A stretch of DNA of 64,000 bases from Candidatus Omnitrophota bacterium (GCA_028711115.1 JAQTSV010000001.1:1176928-1240927), one strand, 5' to 3'. Shown: positions 10,331 to 20,194, counted from the first letter of the stretch. The notes: generated from the sequence alone by a model not told the origin. Numbers and translations are program-made.

Positions 10331-10445
10331 AATGAGACCATAACTTATGGAGCACGAGCGAACATAAGTTATTTGGTCGAATTAGATCCTTGACATTTAC
10401 CTATATAAATTCGTTTGAATAAATGTCAAGGATAAAATTCAGACT
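10331..10445 (-). repeat. ORF-less copy of a repeated intergenic element (inverted repeat plus hairpin plus leader) in the argJ-argB gap
   Basis: Inverted repeat TCCTTGACATTTA (10387..10399) / TAAATGTCAAGGA (10420..10432). Hairpin ATAACTTAT (10340..10348) / ATAAGTTAT (10364..10372). Both flanks align with the element around the GIY-YIG gene at 24888..25240. Confidence 0.6.
10402..10429 (-). promoter_or_regulatory. sigma70-like promoter inside the repeat element, facing argB
   Basis: On the minus strand: TTGACA (10429..10424), a 16-nt spacer, then TATATA (10407..10402). It lies about 85 nt upstream of the argB ATG. Confidence 0.4.
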
Positions 10446-10478
10446 TATAATTTATGTTCCATAAATTATGTCTTCATT

Positions 10479-11687
10479 TTAATTATATTCTGCGTTTATC
10501 TTAATATATTCTGGCGTCAAATCGCAGGTATAAACCTTGCTCTCGGAGCTGCCATTATTAAGATTTATATTAACTTTTATAAATTTCGAAACGACAAGCA
10601 GTTTTTTATTCTTTAAAGGATTAATCTTTCCCTTATTGAAAATTTTATGGGAATTAAAACTTATTTCCAATTTATCTTCGTCTACCGGAATTCCTGCTGC
10701 GCCAATTGCGGCGACAATTCTGCCCCAATTTGGGTTTCCGCCAAACATCGCCGTCTTAAACAAATCTGAATTCGCTACTGCGTTTGCGGCTGTTTTCGCC
10801 TCTTTTTCATTTTTGGCGCCCTGGACTAAGATTTCTATTTTCTTGGATGCGCCTTCAGCATCGTCTATAATCGTCTGCGATAAAGACTGGCAGACATAAG
10901 ACAATCCTTTGCAGAATTCGGCGAAATCTTTATTCTTTTTAACAATAGTTTTATTTCCTGCTGCAGCGTTTGCCAACAATAAAACCGTGTCATTTGTGCT
11001 TGTGCAGGCATCAACACTGATACTGTTAAATGAATTCTCTACGGCGTACTCCAAAGCCGTTTGTAACAAAGACTTTTTTATGGCGGCGTCCGTCAGGATA
11101 AATACCAGCATAGTCGCGTGTTTTTGCGCTTTTTCCAGGTGAGGATAAATCATCCCGGCGCCTTTTGCCACGCCGCTGATTATAACCGGCTTATTTCCTA
11201 TATTAATTTTCACAGAACAAACTTTTCTAAATGTATCCGTGGTCAGAATTGAATCCGCGAAATTTTTCAATCCGTCCTTATTTAACTCTTGAGAAAGTTT
11301 GGGAATTCCATTTTTTATAACATCCACGGGCATCGGTTTTCCGATAATGCCGGTTGAAGCGATGAGAATGCTTTTTTTTGCGATATTTAATTCTTCTGCC
11401 AAAAACCCGATAATACTATTTGCGTCCTTTATTCCTTTTTTGCCGGTAAAGCAATTTGCATTTCCGCTGTTGACTATAATAGCCTTGCTTTCTTTATTCT
11501 TTAACTGGCTTATGCAAACCTTTAGCGAAGCTGCTTTTACTTCATTAGAGGTAAATACTCCTGCGGCTATTGATGCAAACTCTGAATATATAAGCCCCAG
11601 ATCTTTTCTCTTCGATCTTTTAACTCCGCAATAAATCCCTGAAGCCAGGAAGCCTTGCGGAAGGATTGTTTTATTTAAAATTTTCAT
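10479..11687 (-). CDS. argJ: bifunctional ornithine acetyltransferase / N-acetylglutamate synthase
   Basis: 402 aa. The ArgJ autoprocessing region HATMLVFILTDA is present. Confidence 0.9.
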   Translation of the reverse strand: MKILNKTILPQGFLASGIYCGVKRSKRKDLGLIYSEFASIAAGVFTSNEVKAASLKVCISQLKNKESKAIIVNSGNANCFTGKKGIKDANSIIGFLAEELNIAKKSILIASTGIIGKPMPVDVIKNGIPKLSQELNKDGLKNFADSILTTDTFRKVCSVKINIGNKPVIISGVAKGAGMIYPHLEKAQKHATMLVFILTDAAIKKSLLQTALEYAVENSFNSISVDACTSTNDTVLLLANAAAGNKTIVKKNKDFAEFCKGLSYVCQSLSQTIIDDAEGASKKIEILVQGAKNEKEAKTAANAVANSDLFKTAMFGGNPNWGRIVAAIGAAGIPVDEDKLEISFNSHKIFNKGKINPLKNKKLLVVSKFIKVNINLNNGSSESKVYTCDLTPEYIKINAEYN

Positions 11688-12707
11688 TTATAATAAACCA
11701 CTTTCCTCGGGGAATCCGCACATTATATTCATATTCTGCACTGCCTGTCCGGAAGCGCCTTTAAGCAAATTATCTATTGCAGAAATTACAATTAAAAGCC
11801 CTTTGTCCTCGTTTAATTTCAGACCGATATCGCAAAAATTTGTCTCAAGCACGCTTTTTGTAGAATAAGTTTCGCCTTCCACGATTCTTACAAACGGCTC
11901 TGTCTTATAAAATTTCTTGTAGATGTCCAACGCCTTTGCGTAATTTATCTTTTTATCTAATTTCATATAAATCGTCTCTAAAATTCCCCTATTCATAGGA
12001 ATTAAATGCGGGCAAAACATAACATCTACTTTTTTATCCGCTAGCGACGACAATTCCTGATTTATCTCTGGCATATGCTGATGGCTGCCTATCTTGTAAG
12101 CCTTCACTCCTTCGTTTATCTCCGAATAGAAAAAGTCCAAAGAGGCCTTTCTGCCTGCGCCGGTTACGCCTGATTTTGCGTCGACAATTATGGAATCTTT
12201 ATTCACAATGCCCGAAACCAAAGACGGCGTAATTCCCAATATCGCAGCCGTAGGATAACATCCGGGATTGGCCACGAAATCTGTTTTTTTAATTTTCTCC
12301 CGGTACAATTCCGGCAGGCCATATACCGCTTTCTTAAGATTGGCTTTATCTTTATGCGCGACTTTATACCATTTTTCGTATACGCTGGTATTCTTAAATC
12401 TGTAGTCAGCGCTTAAATCAATTACCTTCTTCTTGTGGCTTAAAAGAAGCGGCACGACGCTTATGGAAACTGTGTGCGGCAGAGCCAAAAAGAATAAATC
12501 CGCTTTGGAGACTGCCTTCTTTGTATCCAATATCTCGCATTTTAGATTGAGCCTGTTCTTTAAATAAGGGAAAATCTCGTCGATGGGCTGCTCTTTATCG
12601 ATCTTGGCAGCCAGATATGTAATCCTTACGTACGGATGCCGCATTAGAATTTTCATCAATTCTTCGCCTGCGTATCCTGTAGCCCCGATTATTCCTACCC
12701 TTATCAT
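11688..12707 (-). CDS. argC: N-acetyl-gamma-glutamyl-phosphate reductase
   Basis: 339 aa. Has the GATGYAGEEL start and the catalytic Cys in NPGCYPTA. Confidence 0.9.
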   Translation of the reverse strand: MIRVGIIGATGYAGEELMKILMRHPYVRITYLAAKIDKEQPIDEIFPYLKNRLNLKCEILDTKKAVSKADLFFLALPHTVSISVVPLLLSHKKKVIDLSADYRFKNTSVYEKWYKVAHKDKANLKKAVYGLPELYREKIKKTDFVANPGCYPTAAILGITPSLVSGIVNKDSIIVDAKSGVTGAGRKASLDFFYSEINEGVKAYKIGSHQHMPEINQELSSLADKKVDVMFCPHLIPMNRGILETIYMKLDKKINYAKALDIYKKFYKTEPFVRIVEGETYSTKSVLETNFCDIGLKLNEDKGLLIVISAIDNLLKGASGQAVQNMNIMCGFPEESGLL

Positions 12708-12780
12708 TTTTCACCTCTTAGAACAGAAACTTTTTCCTAAATTATCTCATTTTCTCGTCATAAAAGTATATACTATCCTA

Positions 12781-12823
12781 AAATAAAAAACCTATCTCGT
12801 CAAGCTTTTTTCGTCGAGATAGG
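12781..12823 (-). terminator. rho-independent terminator after rpsI
   Basis: Minus strand: CCTATCTCG...CGAGATAGG stem (9 bp plus 1) followed by TTTTTTATTTT. Confidence 0.7.
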
Positions 12824-12880
12824 CCATATTCACCGAATAATAAAATTAAATTTTCCGTCTATTTTGCTGTGTCTATATGC

Positions 12881-13276
12881 TTACCTCTTCGTCCATTGGA
12901 AACGCTTACGGGCACCTTTTAGTCCGTATTTCTTGCGTTCTTTGGAACGTGGGTCGCGAGTCAGAAACCCCTCTTTTCTTAATATTAATCTAAGGTTATC
13001 GTCCATCAAGGCAAGGGCCCTGGCAATACCGAGCCTTAAAGCTCCGGACTGACCGCTTGTACCTCCACCCATCACCCTGGCAGTAATATCAACTTTACCC
13101 AAGGTATTAGTGATTTTTAAGGGTTGTTTTAAAATTAATCTGTCCGTCTCTCTTAAAAAATAAGAATCGCAGGGCTTTTTGTTGACAACGATTTCACCGT
13201 TTCCGGCAAATAGCTCGACGGTCGCTATTGATTCTTTTCTTCTTCCCGTTGCTTTGTATTTCGTAATTGTTTCCAT
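12881..13276 (-). CDS. rpsI: 30S ribosomal protein S9
   Basis: 131 aa. Has GGGTSGQSGALRLGIARAL and a C-terminal KRFQWTKR. Confidence 0.95.
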   Translation of the reverse strand: METITKYKATGRRKESIATVELFAGNGEIVVNKKPCDSYFLRETDRLILKQPLKITNTLGKVDITARVMGGGTSGQSGALRLGIARALALMDDNLRLILRKEGFLTRDPRSKERKKYGLKGARKRFQWTKR

Positions 13277-13280
13277 AATA

Positions 13281-13718
13281 TTATATCTCTATCTTTTCTA
13301 TATCTTTCCTATTACTGTAGGGATGTTTATCCGTGGCATAAACTTTTAATCTCTTGATTATTCTATAATATAGGGGCTTTCTTGGTAACATCCTGCGCAC
13401 TGCCCTTTTGATTACCTCCAGCGATTTATCCTTAAGCATATTCTCCAAAGATGTCTCCTTCAAACCACCAGGATAGCCAGAATACCTCAGATATTTCTTT
13501 TCTGTTAATTTATTACCGGTAACCTTTATCTTGGAAGCATTTACAACTAAAACATAATCTCCACATTCAACATGCGGAGTGAAGATTGGTTTATGCTTTC
13601 CTTTGATAAGGGAAGCTGCTTTGGCAGCCACCCTACCGAGTATCTTATCGTCAGCATCAATAAGATACCAACGGGATTTTATTTCCGCTTTTTTTGCCAT
13701 ATATGTGGTTTTATTCAT
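13281..13718 (-). CDS. rplM: 50S ribosomal protein L13
   Basis: Has the WYLIDA...LGRVA...KHKPIFTPH pattern. Starting at the second Met (MNKTTYMAKK) aligns best with L13 N-termini. The ORF-track start at 13736 is probably an extension. Confidence 0.9.
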   Translation of the reverse strand: MNKTTYMAKKAEIKSRWYLIDADDKILGRVAAKAASLIKGKHKPIFTPHVECGDYVLVVNASKIKVTGNKLTEKKYLRYSGYPGGLKETSLENMLKDKSLEVIKRAVRRMLPRKPLYYRIIKRLKVYATDKHPYSNRKDIEKIEI

Positions 13719-13743
13719 AGGCAGAAAGTATAACATTTTTTAG

Positions 13744-15351
13744 CTATTTGTCAATATCAAATTTTATACTCCAGATTATGAGCATAAACACCAAAAATAT
13801 CAGGGCAAACAACACTTTATAACTTATTGAGGCAGATAATGTTTGCTTCTTAGAAATGCATTCGGGATTTTTATAAATAAAAGCCAGTTTCGTATCGGCA
13901 ATCTTCTTTAAATTGTATTTTTTTATTAAGTAGGCCTGTTCCTGCCCCTGCTCTATGTCAGCAGGGTCTTTCTGCCAAATGATTAACCTGGAAGAAGCGA
14001 TTTGATCAAAATTGACATAAGGCCCCACCTCTGAAAGCATAGCGCTTGAGGTGGCACGATTGGACAATAAGCTCAATATACCCGCCGTATATGGAAGATT
14101 AACATAAATAATATCTTCTTTGCCGGTATTTTTATTAATGACACCCAATAACTCTGAAAAAAGCCTGGGGTAATATATTGTTATCTCGTTCGTGCGCATC
14201 AGGCGGGAACCATAAAAAAAGAAATTGAGAAAACTTGAGTCTTGGGTATTCAATCTGAACAGGCCTTGCCCAAAAATTAACTCATCATTTCCAGCCGCAG
14301 AAACAGGCTTGTCATTTATTCCGTGCTTCTTTGATAAATCTATTGTCAAAGTCGGTGATAATATAAAAAATAAAATAAAAACAGATAAAAGATAGAACTT
14401 TCTGCTTCTTTTGTTTAATTTCTCGTAAAGGCTGCTCAGGAATACAGCATTCATAAACACCAAGCTCATTATGCCATAAAAAGAAAAATACCTGAAAATA
14501 AAACCCAAAAAGAGCAGAATAAACGACGATAAAAACAGCGCAATAAAAATATAATATTTATCCTTCTTCCTAAGGCACTCAACAAGACCGAATAAAAATA
14601 TAACCCACTGCAATTTTAATTCTATATAAGAATTTTCTCCTAGATTATTTTTCTGAAATACATAGAAATGACGCATGGAAAACAGATAAATTATTATAGG
14701 GCTGGCTAAAAATAAAGCTAATGCGCAAACCTTTAGACAGGATTTAAGTTTCGCTTTATTCAGCAATCCATAGAATATAAAAACACACAAAAATAACCAG
14801 GGCGTAAAACCATGGCTGTAAAAAGCCAAAGCAAATAATAGGGATGCAGTGAATACTTTATTTCTCTCCAGAAACAATAACGATAAAAAACAAAAGATTA
14901 AAGCCAAACTTGCTGCCAAGGTATTGATAGCTGTGAGATAAAACGGATAGACGGAAAAAAGCATAAAAACACTAAAGAATGCAACCTTTTTATCAAAAAT
15001 TTTCCTTATCACATACCAAATTACAAAAAGTAACAGAGGATAGATTACACATTGTAACAACTTGCCAATTATTAACACTGGCATACTCATTTTTAAAAAC
15101 AAAAGTATTATGATATGCAATAAAGGCGGGTAAAGCTGAGGCCTTCCGACGGGAGCAAATGACCAAAAACAATGGCTTATCCAGCCACCAGCTTCATTAA
15201 AACCGACTGCTGTGAGCAAATGGTAGTAAACATCGAGAAAGATAGGAAATATCCGCCATCTTAACAGCTGGAATATTATAGCCAGCAATAAAATTACAAA
15301 CGCATAGGAATCCCATCGCGAAACATCAACTATCTTATCTTTTAATTTCAT
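13744..15351 (-). CDS. polytopic membrane protein with a C-terminal soluble domain, possibly a GT-C-fold glycosyltransferase; function unknown
   Basis: 535 aa. About 11-13 hydrophobic segments are followed by a roughly 170-aa hydrophilic tail. No catalytic motif was recognised with confidence. Confidence 0.5.
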   Translation of the reverse strand: MKLKDKIVDVSRWDSYAFVILLLAIIFQLLRWRIFPIFLDVYYHLLTAVGFNEAGGWISHCFWSFAPVGRPQLYPPLLHIIILLFLKMSMPVLIIGKLLQCVIYPLLLFVIWYVIRKIFDKKVAFFSVFMLFSVYPFYLTAINTLAASLALIFCFLSLLFLERNKVFTASLLFALAFYSHGFTPWLFLCVFIFYGLLNKAKLKSCLKVCALALFLASPIIIYLFSMRHFYVFQKNNLGENSYIELKLQWVIFLFGLVECLRKKDKYYIFIALFLSSFILLFLGFIFRYFSFYGIMSLVFMNAVFLSSLYEKLNKRSRKFYLLSVFILFFILSPTLTIDLSKKHGINDKPVSAAGNDELIFGQGLFRLNTQDSSFLNFFFYGSRLMRTNEITIYYPRLFSELLGVINKNTGKEDIIYVNLPYTAGILSLLSNRATSSAMLSEVGPYVNFDQIASSRLIIWQKDPADIEQGQEQAYLIKKYNLKKIADTKLAFIYKNPECISKKQTLSASISYKVLFALIFLVFMLIIWSIKFDIDK

Positions 15352-15389
15352 CTTACTTAATGAATAACAATAGAGTTAACCCTGTATCG

Positions 15390-16190
15390 TCACGCAACTG
15401 TGTGACTTTTTCGCGGGTAATTTACTTTAGCCAAATACAAACCTCTGGCAGGGACACAAAATCCAGCTAACGCCCTGTTTTTACTTCTGATTATCTCTTT
15501 TATATAATCTGGTTCAAACCTGCCCCTGCCTACATCGATTAGTGTCCCCACAATATTCCTTACCATATTATATAAAAATCCGTCTGCTTCCACTTCTATG
15601 CAAATTAAGTTAGCAGAAAAAATATTCAAGGGATTAATCAGTATTTGTTTTATATTCCTGGTTGTGCCTTTTACTCCAGAACCGCTGGCACAAAATACTT
15701 TAAAATCGTGCCTTCCCGATAAATGACGGGCAGCATTCCTCATCAATTTTATGTTGAGCGGAAACTTGAACCAATATGTATACCGGCCAAAAAAGGGAAC
15801 TTTGTATTCCTGATTCAGAATAAGATAACGATAAATTTTGGATTTAGTAGAGTACTGGGAATGAAATCCCCAGGGAACCTGCTCGGCATTTGAAATACGT
15901 ATATCGCGAGGTAAATTACCGTTAAGCGCTGATTTCACTTTATCGGGGAATATCCCAGATGCCGTCCTAAAATTGGCTACCTGGCCAAAAGCATGCACGC
16001 CACTATCAGTGCGGCCAGAGGCAACGAGATTGACTTTCTGTTTGAGTATTTTCTGCAGGCAGGACTCTACGGTTTCCTGAACGGAAGGTTTCTTTCTTTT
16101 TCTCTCTAAAACTCTGCCTTGGATTTTTTGTTTCTGCCAACCACAATATCTGGTTCCGTCGTATTCTATTGTGAGCTTTATATTTTGCAT
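15390..16190 (-). CDS. truA: tRNA pseudouridine(38-40) synthase
   Basis: 266 aa. Has the IEYDGTRYCGWQKQ start and the GRTDSGVHA catalytic Asp motif. Confidence 0.92.
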   Translation of the reverse strand: MQNIKLTIEYDGTRYCGWQKQKIQGRVLERKRKKPSVQETVESCLQKILKQKVNLVASGRTDSGVHAFGQVANFRTASGIFPDKVKSALNGNLPRDIRISNAEQVPWGFHSQYSTKSKIYRYLILNQEYKVPFFGRYTYWFKFPLNIKLMRNAARHLSGRHDFKVFCASGSGVKGTTRNIKQILINPLNIFSANLICIEVEADGFLYNMVRNIVGTLIDVGRGRFEPDYIKEIIRSKNRALAGFCVPARGLYLAKVNYPRKSHTVA

Positions 16191-16279
16191 TATATTTCTT
16201 TATCTCAAAGAAAACTTTCAAAAAACCGAAAGGCAGAAATTTAAGAAAGGAAAAAATATCTAAATCCAGAAAAAAAATA

Positions 16280-17347
16280 TTAAGGGATAACTTTTATCAA
16301 ACACTTTATCTTTTTGGCTATCAGGAGTTCTGCTATCTCTACTGCATTTAAGGCAGCACCTTTACGAAGATTATCCGAAACAACCCAAAGCCAAAATGCA
16401 TTTTTAACAAACGGGTCTTTGCGCACACGGCCCACAAAAACTCCGTCCTTGCCTTCTGCATCGACAGGCAAAGGGTAAAGATTATCTTTTGGGCTATCCA
16501 CCAATACAATGCTTGCAGAATTTTTTAATAAATCTTTCAACTGCTCGAGGGAAATATCTTTTTTGGTCTCAATATATACCGCCTCGCAGTGCCCGGTTCT
16601 CACCGGAACTCTTGCCGTGGTCGCGCTTATTTTTATTTTGTCACTGTGCATAATCTTGTGCGTTTCTTTTACCATCTTCCATTCTTCCGAAGTATAATCC
16701 TCCTCGGCAAATCCGCCGATGTGCGGAAATACATTAAAAGCCAATTGCTGGGGTAAAACCCTTTCCTGCGCATCAGAAATCTTTAAATCCTCATAACCTT
16801 TATTATTCAATGCACTCAATTCTTTTTTAAGCTGCTCCACAGCACTCTTTCCTGCGCCTGACGCTGCCTGATAAGTAGAAACAATTATCCTTTTGATTTT
16901 TGCTATCTTATGTATCGGCCATAAAGCCACGACCATCTGAATAGTAGAACAATTGGGATTGGCGATTATGCCTTTCTTGCGGCAGAGTTTTATATCTTTA
17001 GGATTTACTTCAGGAACAATCAGGGGAATTTCCGGGTCCATCCTGAAATCCGCGCCGTTGTCAATTACCACTGCGCCTCTTTTGACTGCTTCAGCGGCGA
17101 AACTTACAGCTGCGCCTTTCTCCCCTTCGGTTCCGGCGAACAGTGCGATATCTATACCAGTAAATCCCTCCGGAGAAATTGCCTTTACAGAATATTTTTC
17201 TCCGTCAACTTCGATATCCCTGGGTGAACGCGCAAAAACACGCAGTTCTCCGACGGGAAAATGACGCTGTTTTAGGCAGCGTAACATCTCAATACCCACT
17301 GCACCCACGCCTACCACTGCCACATTATACAATTTATTTTTCTTCAT
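16280..17347 (-). CDS. asd: aspartate-semialdehyde dehydrogenase
   Basis: 355 aa. Has a GVGAVG Rossmann start and the catalytic Cys in NPNCSTIQ. Confidence 0.9.
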   Translation of the reverse strand: MKKNKLYNVAVVGVGAVGIEMLRCLKQRHFPVGELRVFARSPRDIEVDGEKYSVKAISPEGFTGIDIALFAGTEGEKGAAVSFAAEAVKRGAVVIDNGADFRMDPEIPLIVPEVNPKDIKLCRKKGIIANPNCSTIQMVVALWPIHKIAKIKRIIVSTYQAASGAGKSAVEQLKKELSALNNKGYEDLKISDAQERVLPQQLAFNVFPHIGGFAEEDYTSEEWKMVKETHKIMHSDKIKISATTARVPVRTGHCEAVYIETKKDISLEQLKDLLKNSASIVLVDSPKDNLYPLPVDAEGKDGVFVGRVRKDPFVKNAFWLWVVSDNLRKGAALNAVEIAELLIAKKIKCLIKVIP

Positions 17348-17361
17348 ATTCTTCTCCTGAT

Positions 17362-18429
17362 CTATAGATTCTTTGCTACTAAATCGCCGACCTCAGGCGT
17401 AGAATAACCCATCTTTCCTGCACTTAAACTCTTTAATTTTGTTTTCACAACTTTTATAACCGAATCCTCGACTGCCTTTGCCGCTTTGGATTCTCCAATT
17501 TCTTCCAAAAGCATGCTTACTGCGCAAATCGCTGCTAAAGGATTAATCACATTTTTTCCCGTATATTTGGGAGCTGAACCGCCAATGGGCTCAAACATGG
17601 AAACGCCTTCGGGATTTATATTTCCGCCTGCGGCAATTCCCATTCCGCCCTGGACCATAGCGCCTAAATCGGTAATGATATCTCCAAACATATTATCCGT
17701 CACAATCACGTCAAACCATTCGGGATTTTTTACCATCCACATACAGGTCGCGTCGACGTGGGCGTAATCTGTTTTTATGTCTGTGTATTCTTTGGCTACT
17801 TCGTAAAAAGTGCGTTCCCATAAATCCCAGGCATAAGTTAAAACATTTGTTTTTCCGCAAAGAGTAAGTTTTTTAGCTTTGTTGCGTTTGCGCGTAAATT
17901 CAAATGCGTAACGTATGCAGCGCTCAACGCCTTTTCTTGTATTATGCGAAATCTGAATTGCCACTTCGTCTTTTGTGCCTTTTTTCTGGAATTCGCCCAT
18001 ACCTTTATATAGGCCTTCCGAATTTTCGCGCACAACTACAAAATCAACGTCCGATTCCTTTTTGTCTTTCAACGGGCAAAAATCCACGTTGTATAATTTT
18101 ACCGGGCGAAGATTAATGTATTGATCCAGGGAAAACCTTAATTTCAAAAGCAGTCCCTTTTCCAATATTCCTGGCTTTACGTCGGGATGGCCCACAGCGC
18201 CAAGGTAAATAACCGACATCTTTTCCAATTCCTTCAACGCCGATTCAGGCAATATTTCGCCTGTCTTTAAATATCTTTCTCCGCCAAAATCATACTTTAT
18301 GGTTTCGTACTTAAAGTTAAATTTCTTTCCTGCGGCTTCCAGGACCTTCAATCCCTCTCTTACGACTTCCGGGCCTGTGCCGTCGCCTGCGATTACCGCT
18401 ATTTTGTATTTTGTTTTCTGCGAATCCAT
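17362..18429 (-). CDS. leuB: 3-isopropylmalate dehydrogenase family (beta-decarboxylating dehydrogenase)
   Basis: 355 aa. Has IAGDGTGPEV and the NMFGDIITDLGA signature, and is adjacent to leuD/leuC. The exact substrate (IPM, homoisocitrate or tartrate) cannot be told from sequence alone. Confidence 0.75.
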   Translation of the reverse strand: MDSQKTKYKIAVIAGDGTGPEVVREGLKVLEAAGKKFNFKYETIKYDFGGERYLKTGEILPESALKELEKMSVIYLGAVGHPDVKPGILEKGLLLKLRFSLDQYINLRPVKLYNVDFCPLKDKKESDVDFVVVRENSEGLYKGMGEFQKKGTKDEVAIQISHNTRKGVERCIRYAFEFTRKRNKAKKLTLCGKTNVLTYAWDLWERTFYEVAKEYTDIKTDYAHVDATCMWMVKNPEWFDVIVTDNMFGDIITDLGAMVQGGMGIAAGGNINPEGVSMFEPIGGSAPKYTGKNVINPLAAICAVSMLLEEIGESKAAKAVEDSVIKVVKTKLKSLSAGKMGYSTPEVGDLVAKNL

Positions 18430-18893
18430 TTCATTAATCCCCCTGATTGTACTAACTCCTGCATAAAATCAGCAAATGCCTCTGATTTATACGTAATATT
18501 TTGAGTTGAATTCTTGACTTCACCTTTTGCCAAATCCACTTCCAATTCATCGCCTTCGTTTATCTTATTTACTTGTTTAAGCTCTAATATGGGTAAGCCG
18601 ATATTTATGGAGTTCCTGAAAAATATGCGCGCAAAACTTTCCGCAATTACCAGAGAAACTCCACAACCTTTGATGGCAACTGGTGCGTGTTCACGGGAAG
18701 AACCGCAGCCGAAATTCCTGCCACCGACTATAATATCGCCCTTTAATACTTTCTGGGCGAATTCCGGAGCAACCGTCTCCATACAATGCCTGCCTAATTC
18801 CTTGGCATCAGTGGTATTTAAGTATTTCGCGGCAATAATATCGTCGGTATTAACGTCATTACCGAATTTATGGACTTTGCCTTTTATAATCAT
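18399..18893 (-). CDS. leuD: 3-isopropylmalate (or homoaconitate) dehydratase small subunit
   Basis: 164 aa. Short aconitase swivel domain with [14 protein letters not shown]. Its 3' end overlaps the leuB start by 31 nt. Confidence 0.8.
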   Translation of the reverse strand: MIIKGKVHKFGNDVNTDDIIAAKYLNTTDAKELGRHCMETVAPEFAQKVLKGDIIVGGRNFGCGSSREHAPVAIKGCGVSLVIAESFARIFFRNSINIGLPILELKQVNKINEGDELEVDLAKGEVKNSTQNITYKSEAFADFMQELVQSGGLMKWIRRKQNTK

Positions 18894-20158
18894 AGAACTT
18901 CCTCGGGATGTGTAATCTTTCCTTTTATAGCACTTGCTGCTGCCACTGCTGGATTGGACAAATAGACAAAACTCTTCGGACTGCCCATTCTGCCGATAAA
19001 GTTTCGGTTTGTGGTTGCCAGAGCGGATTCTCCATCAGCCAAAATTCCTGCGTGGCCTCCCAAACACGGCCCGCAAGTCGGCGTAGAAACCACTGCTCCG
19101 GATTTTACGAAAATTTCCATCAGTCCTTCCTTAATCGCGTCCAGATAAATTTGCTGCGTCGCCGGGATAACAATAACTCTTACCCCGGAATTGACTTTTT
19201 TGCCTTTTAAGATTTTTGCGGCAATCCTTAAATCAGAAATACGTCCGTTGGTGCAAGAGCCAATTACTATCTGGTCAATTTTTACGTTTTTCAATTCGCT
19301 TACAGGCTTTACATTGCTGGGAAGATGCGGACATGCCACCTGCGGCTCAAGCTTAGCCACATCATATTCTATAACTTTGGTATATTTTGCGTATTTATCA
19401 CTCTTGAAGACCTTTGGTTTTCCATTTTTACTTTTGTGTTTCTTGACATAATCAAGTGTTATCTCGTCGGGCTCGATGATGCCTGACTTTCCGCCGGCTT
19501 CAATAGCCATATTGCACATGGTAAACCTGTCATCCATAGGCAATTGCCTAATTGCGCTGCCTGAAAATTCCATGGCTTTATACAAAGCGCCGTCAACTCC
19601 GATATCTTTAATCGTATAAAGAATCAAATCTTTGCCGCTGGTCCACTTGGGCATCTTACCTTTATATACAAATTTGATACTCTCCGGGACTTTTAACCAA
19701 CAATGCCCTGTAATCCAGGCTGCTGCCAAATCCGTCGAGCCCATGCCGGTGGAAAATGCTCCCAGCGCGCCATAAGTGCATGTATGGGAATCCGCGCCGA
19801 TAATTAAATCTCCCGGTTTTACCAAACCCATCTCCGGCAATAACGCGTGTTCAATTCCCATGCGACCAACTTCATAATAATGCTTGATATTGTATTTGTC
19901 TGCGAATTCCTTTAACTTTTTAGCCTGCTGAGCGCTCTTTAAATCTTTTGCCGGCGTAAAATGATCCGGAATCAAGGCAATCTTTTTGTTATCAAATACT
20001 TTTTTTGCGCCATAAGTTTCGAACTGCTCTATGGCGATAGGCGCGGTAATATCATTACCCAAAGTAAAATCAACTTTTGCCCAGATAAATTCTCCGGGCT
20101 TGATTGATTTTTCATCAATGTGCGCTAAAAGTATCTTTTCTGTTATTGTGTAATCCAT
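18890..20158 (-). CDS. leuC: 3-isopropylmalate (or homoaconitate) dehydratase large subunit
   Basis: 422 aa. Short-type aconitase family with Fe-S ligand contexts GADSHTC, GSCTNGR and TCGPCLG. Confidence 0.8.
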   Translation of the reverse strand: MDYTITEKILLAHIDEKSIKPGEFIWAKVDFTLGNDITAPIAIEQFETYGAKKVFDNKKIALIPDHFTPAKDLKSAQQAKKLKEFADKYNIKHYYEVGRMGIEHALLPEMGLVKPGDLIIGADSHTCTYGALGAFSTGMGSTDLAAAWITGHCWLKVPESIKFVYKGKMPKWTSGKDLILYTIKDIGVDGALYKAMEFSGSAIRQLPMDDRFTMCNMAIEAGGKSGIIEPDEITLDYVKKHKSKNGKPKVFKSDKYAKYTKVIEYDVAKLEPQVACPHLPSNVKPVSELKNVKIDQIVIGSCTNGRISDLRIAAKILKGKKVNSGVRVIVIPATQQIYLDAIKEGLMEIFVKSGAVVSTPTCGPCLGGHAGILADGESALATTNRNFIGRMGSPKSFVYLSNPAVAAASAIKGKITHPEEVL

Positions 20159-20194
20159 TTAAATAAAAATTAGAATGTGCGGGCTAACTTAAAT

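Noticed and set aside
10387-10432. Interpreting the argB-upstream palindrome (TGAATAAATGTCA region) as an ArgR/AhrC ARG box
   Set aside because: It matches TGAAT-N4-ATTCA only partially. The same palindrome arms also flank the GIY-YIG gene upstream of rpmF, which argues against an arginine-specific operator.
16006-16221. 71-aa minus-strand ORF overlapping the truA 5' region
   Set aside because: It is an alternative frame of truA with basic low-complexity content. The truA frame carries the family motifs.
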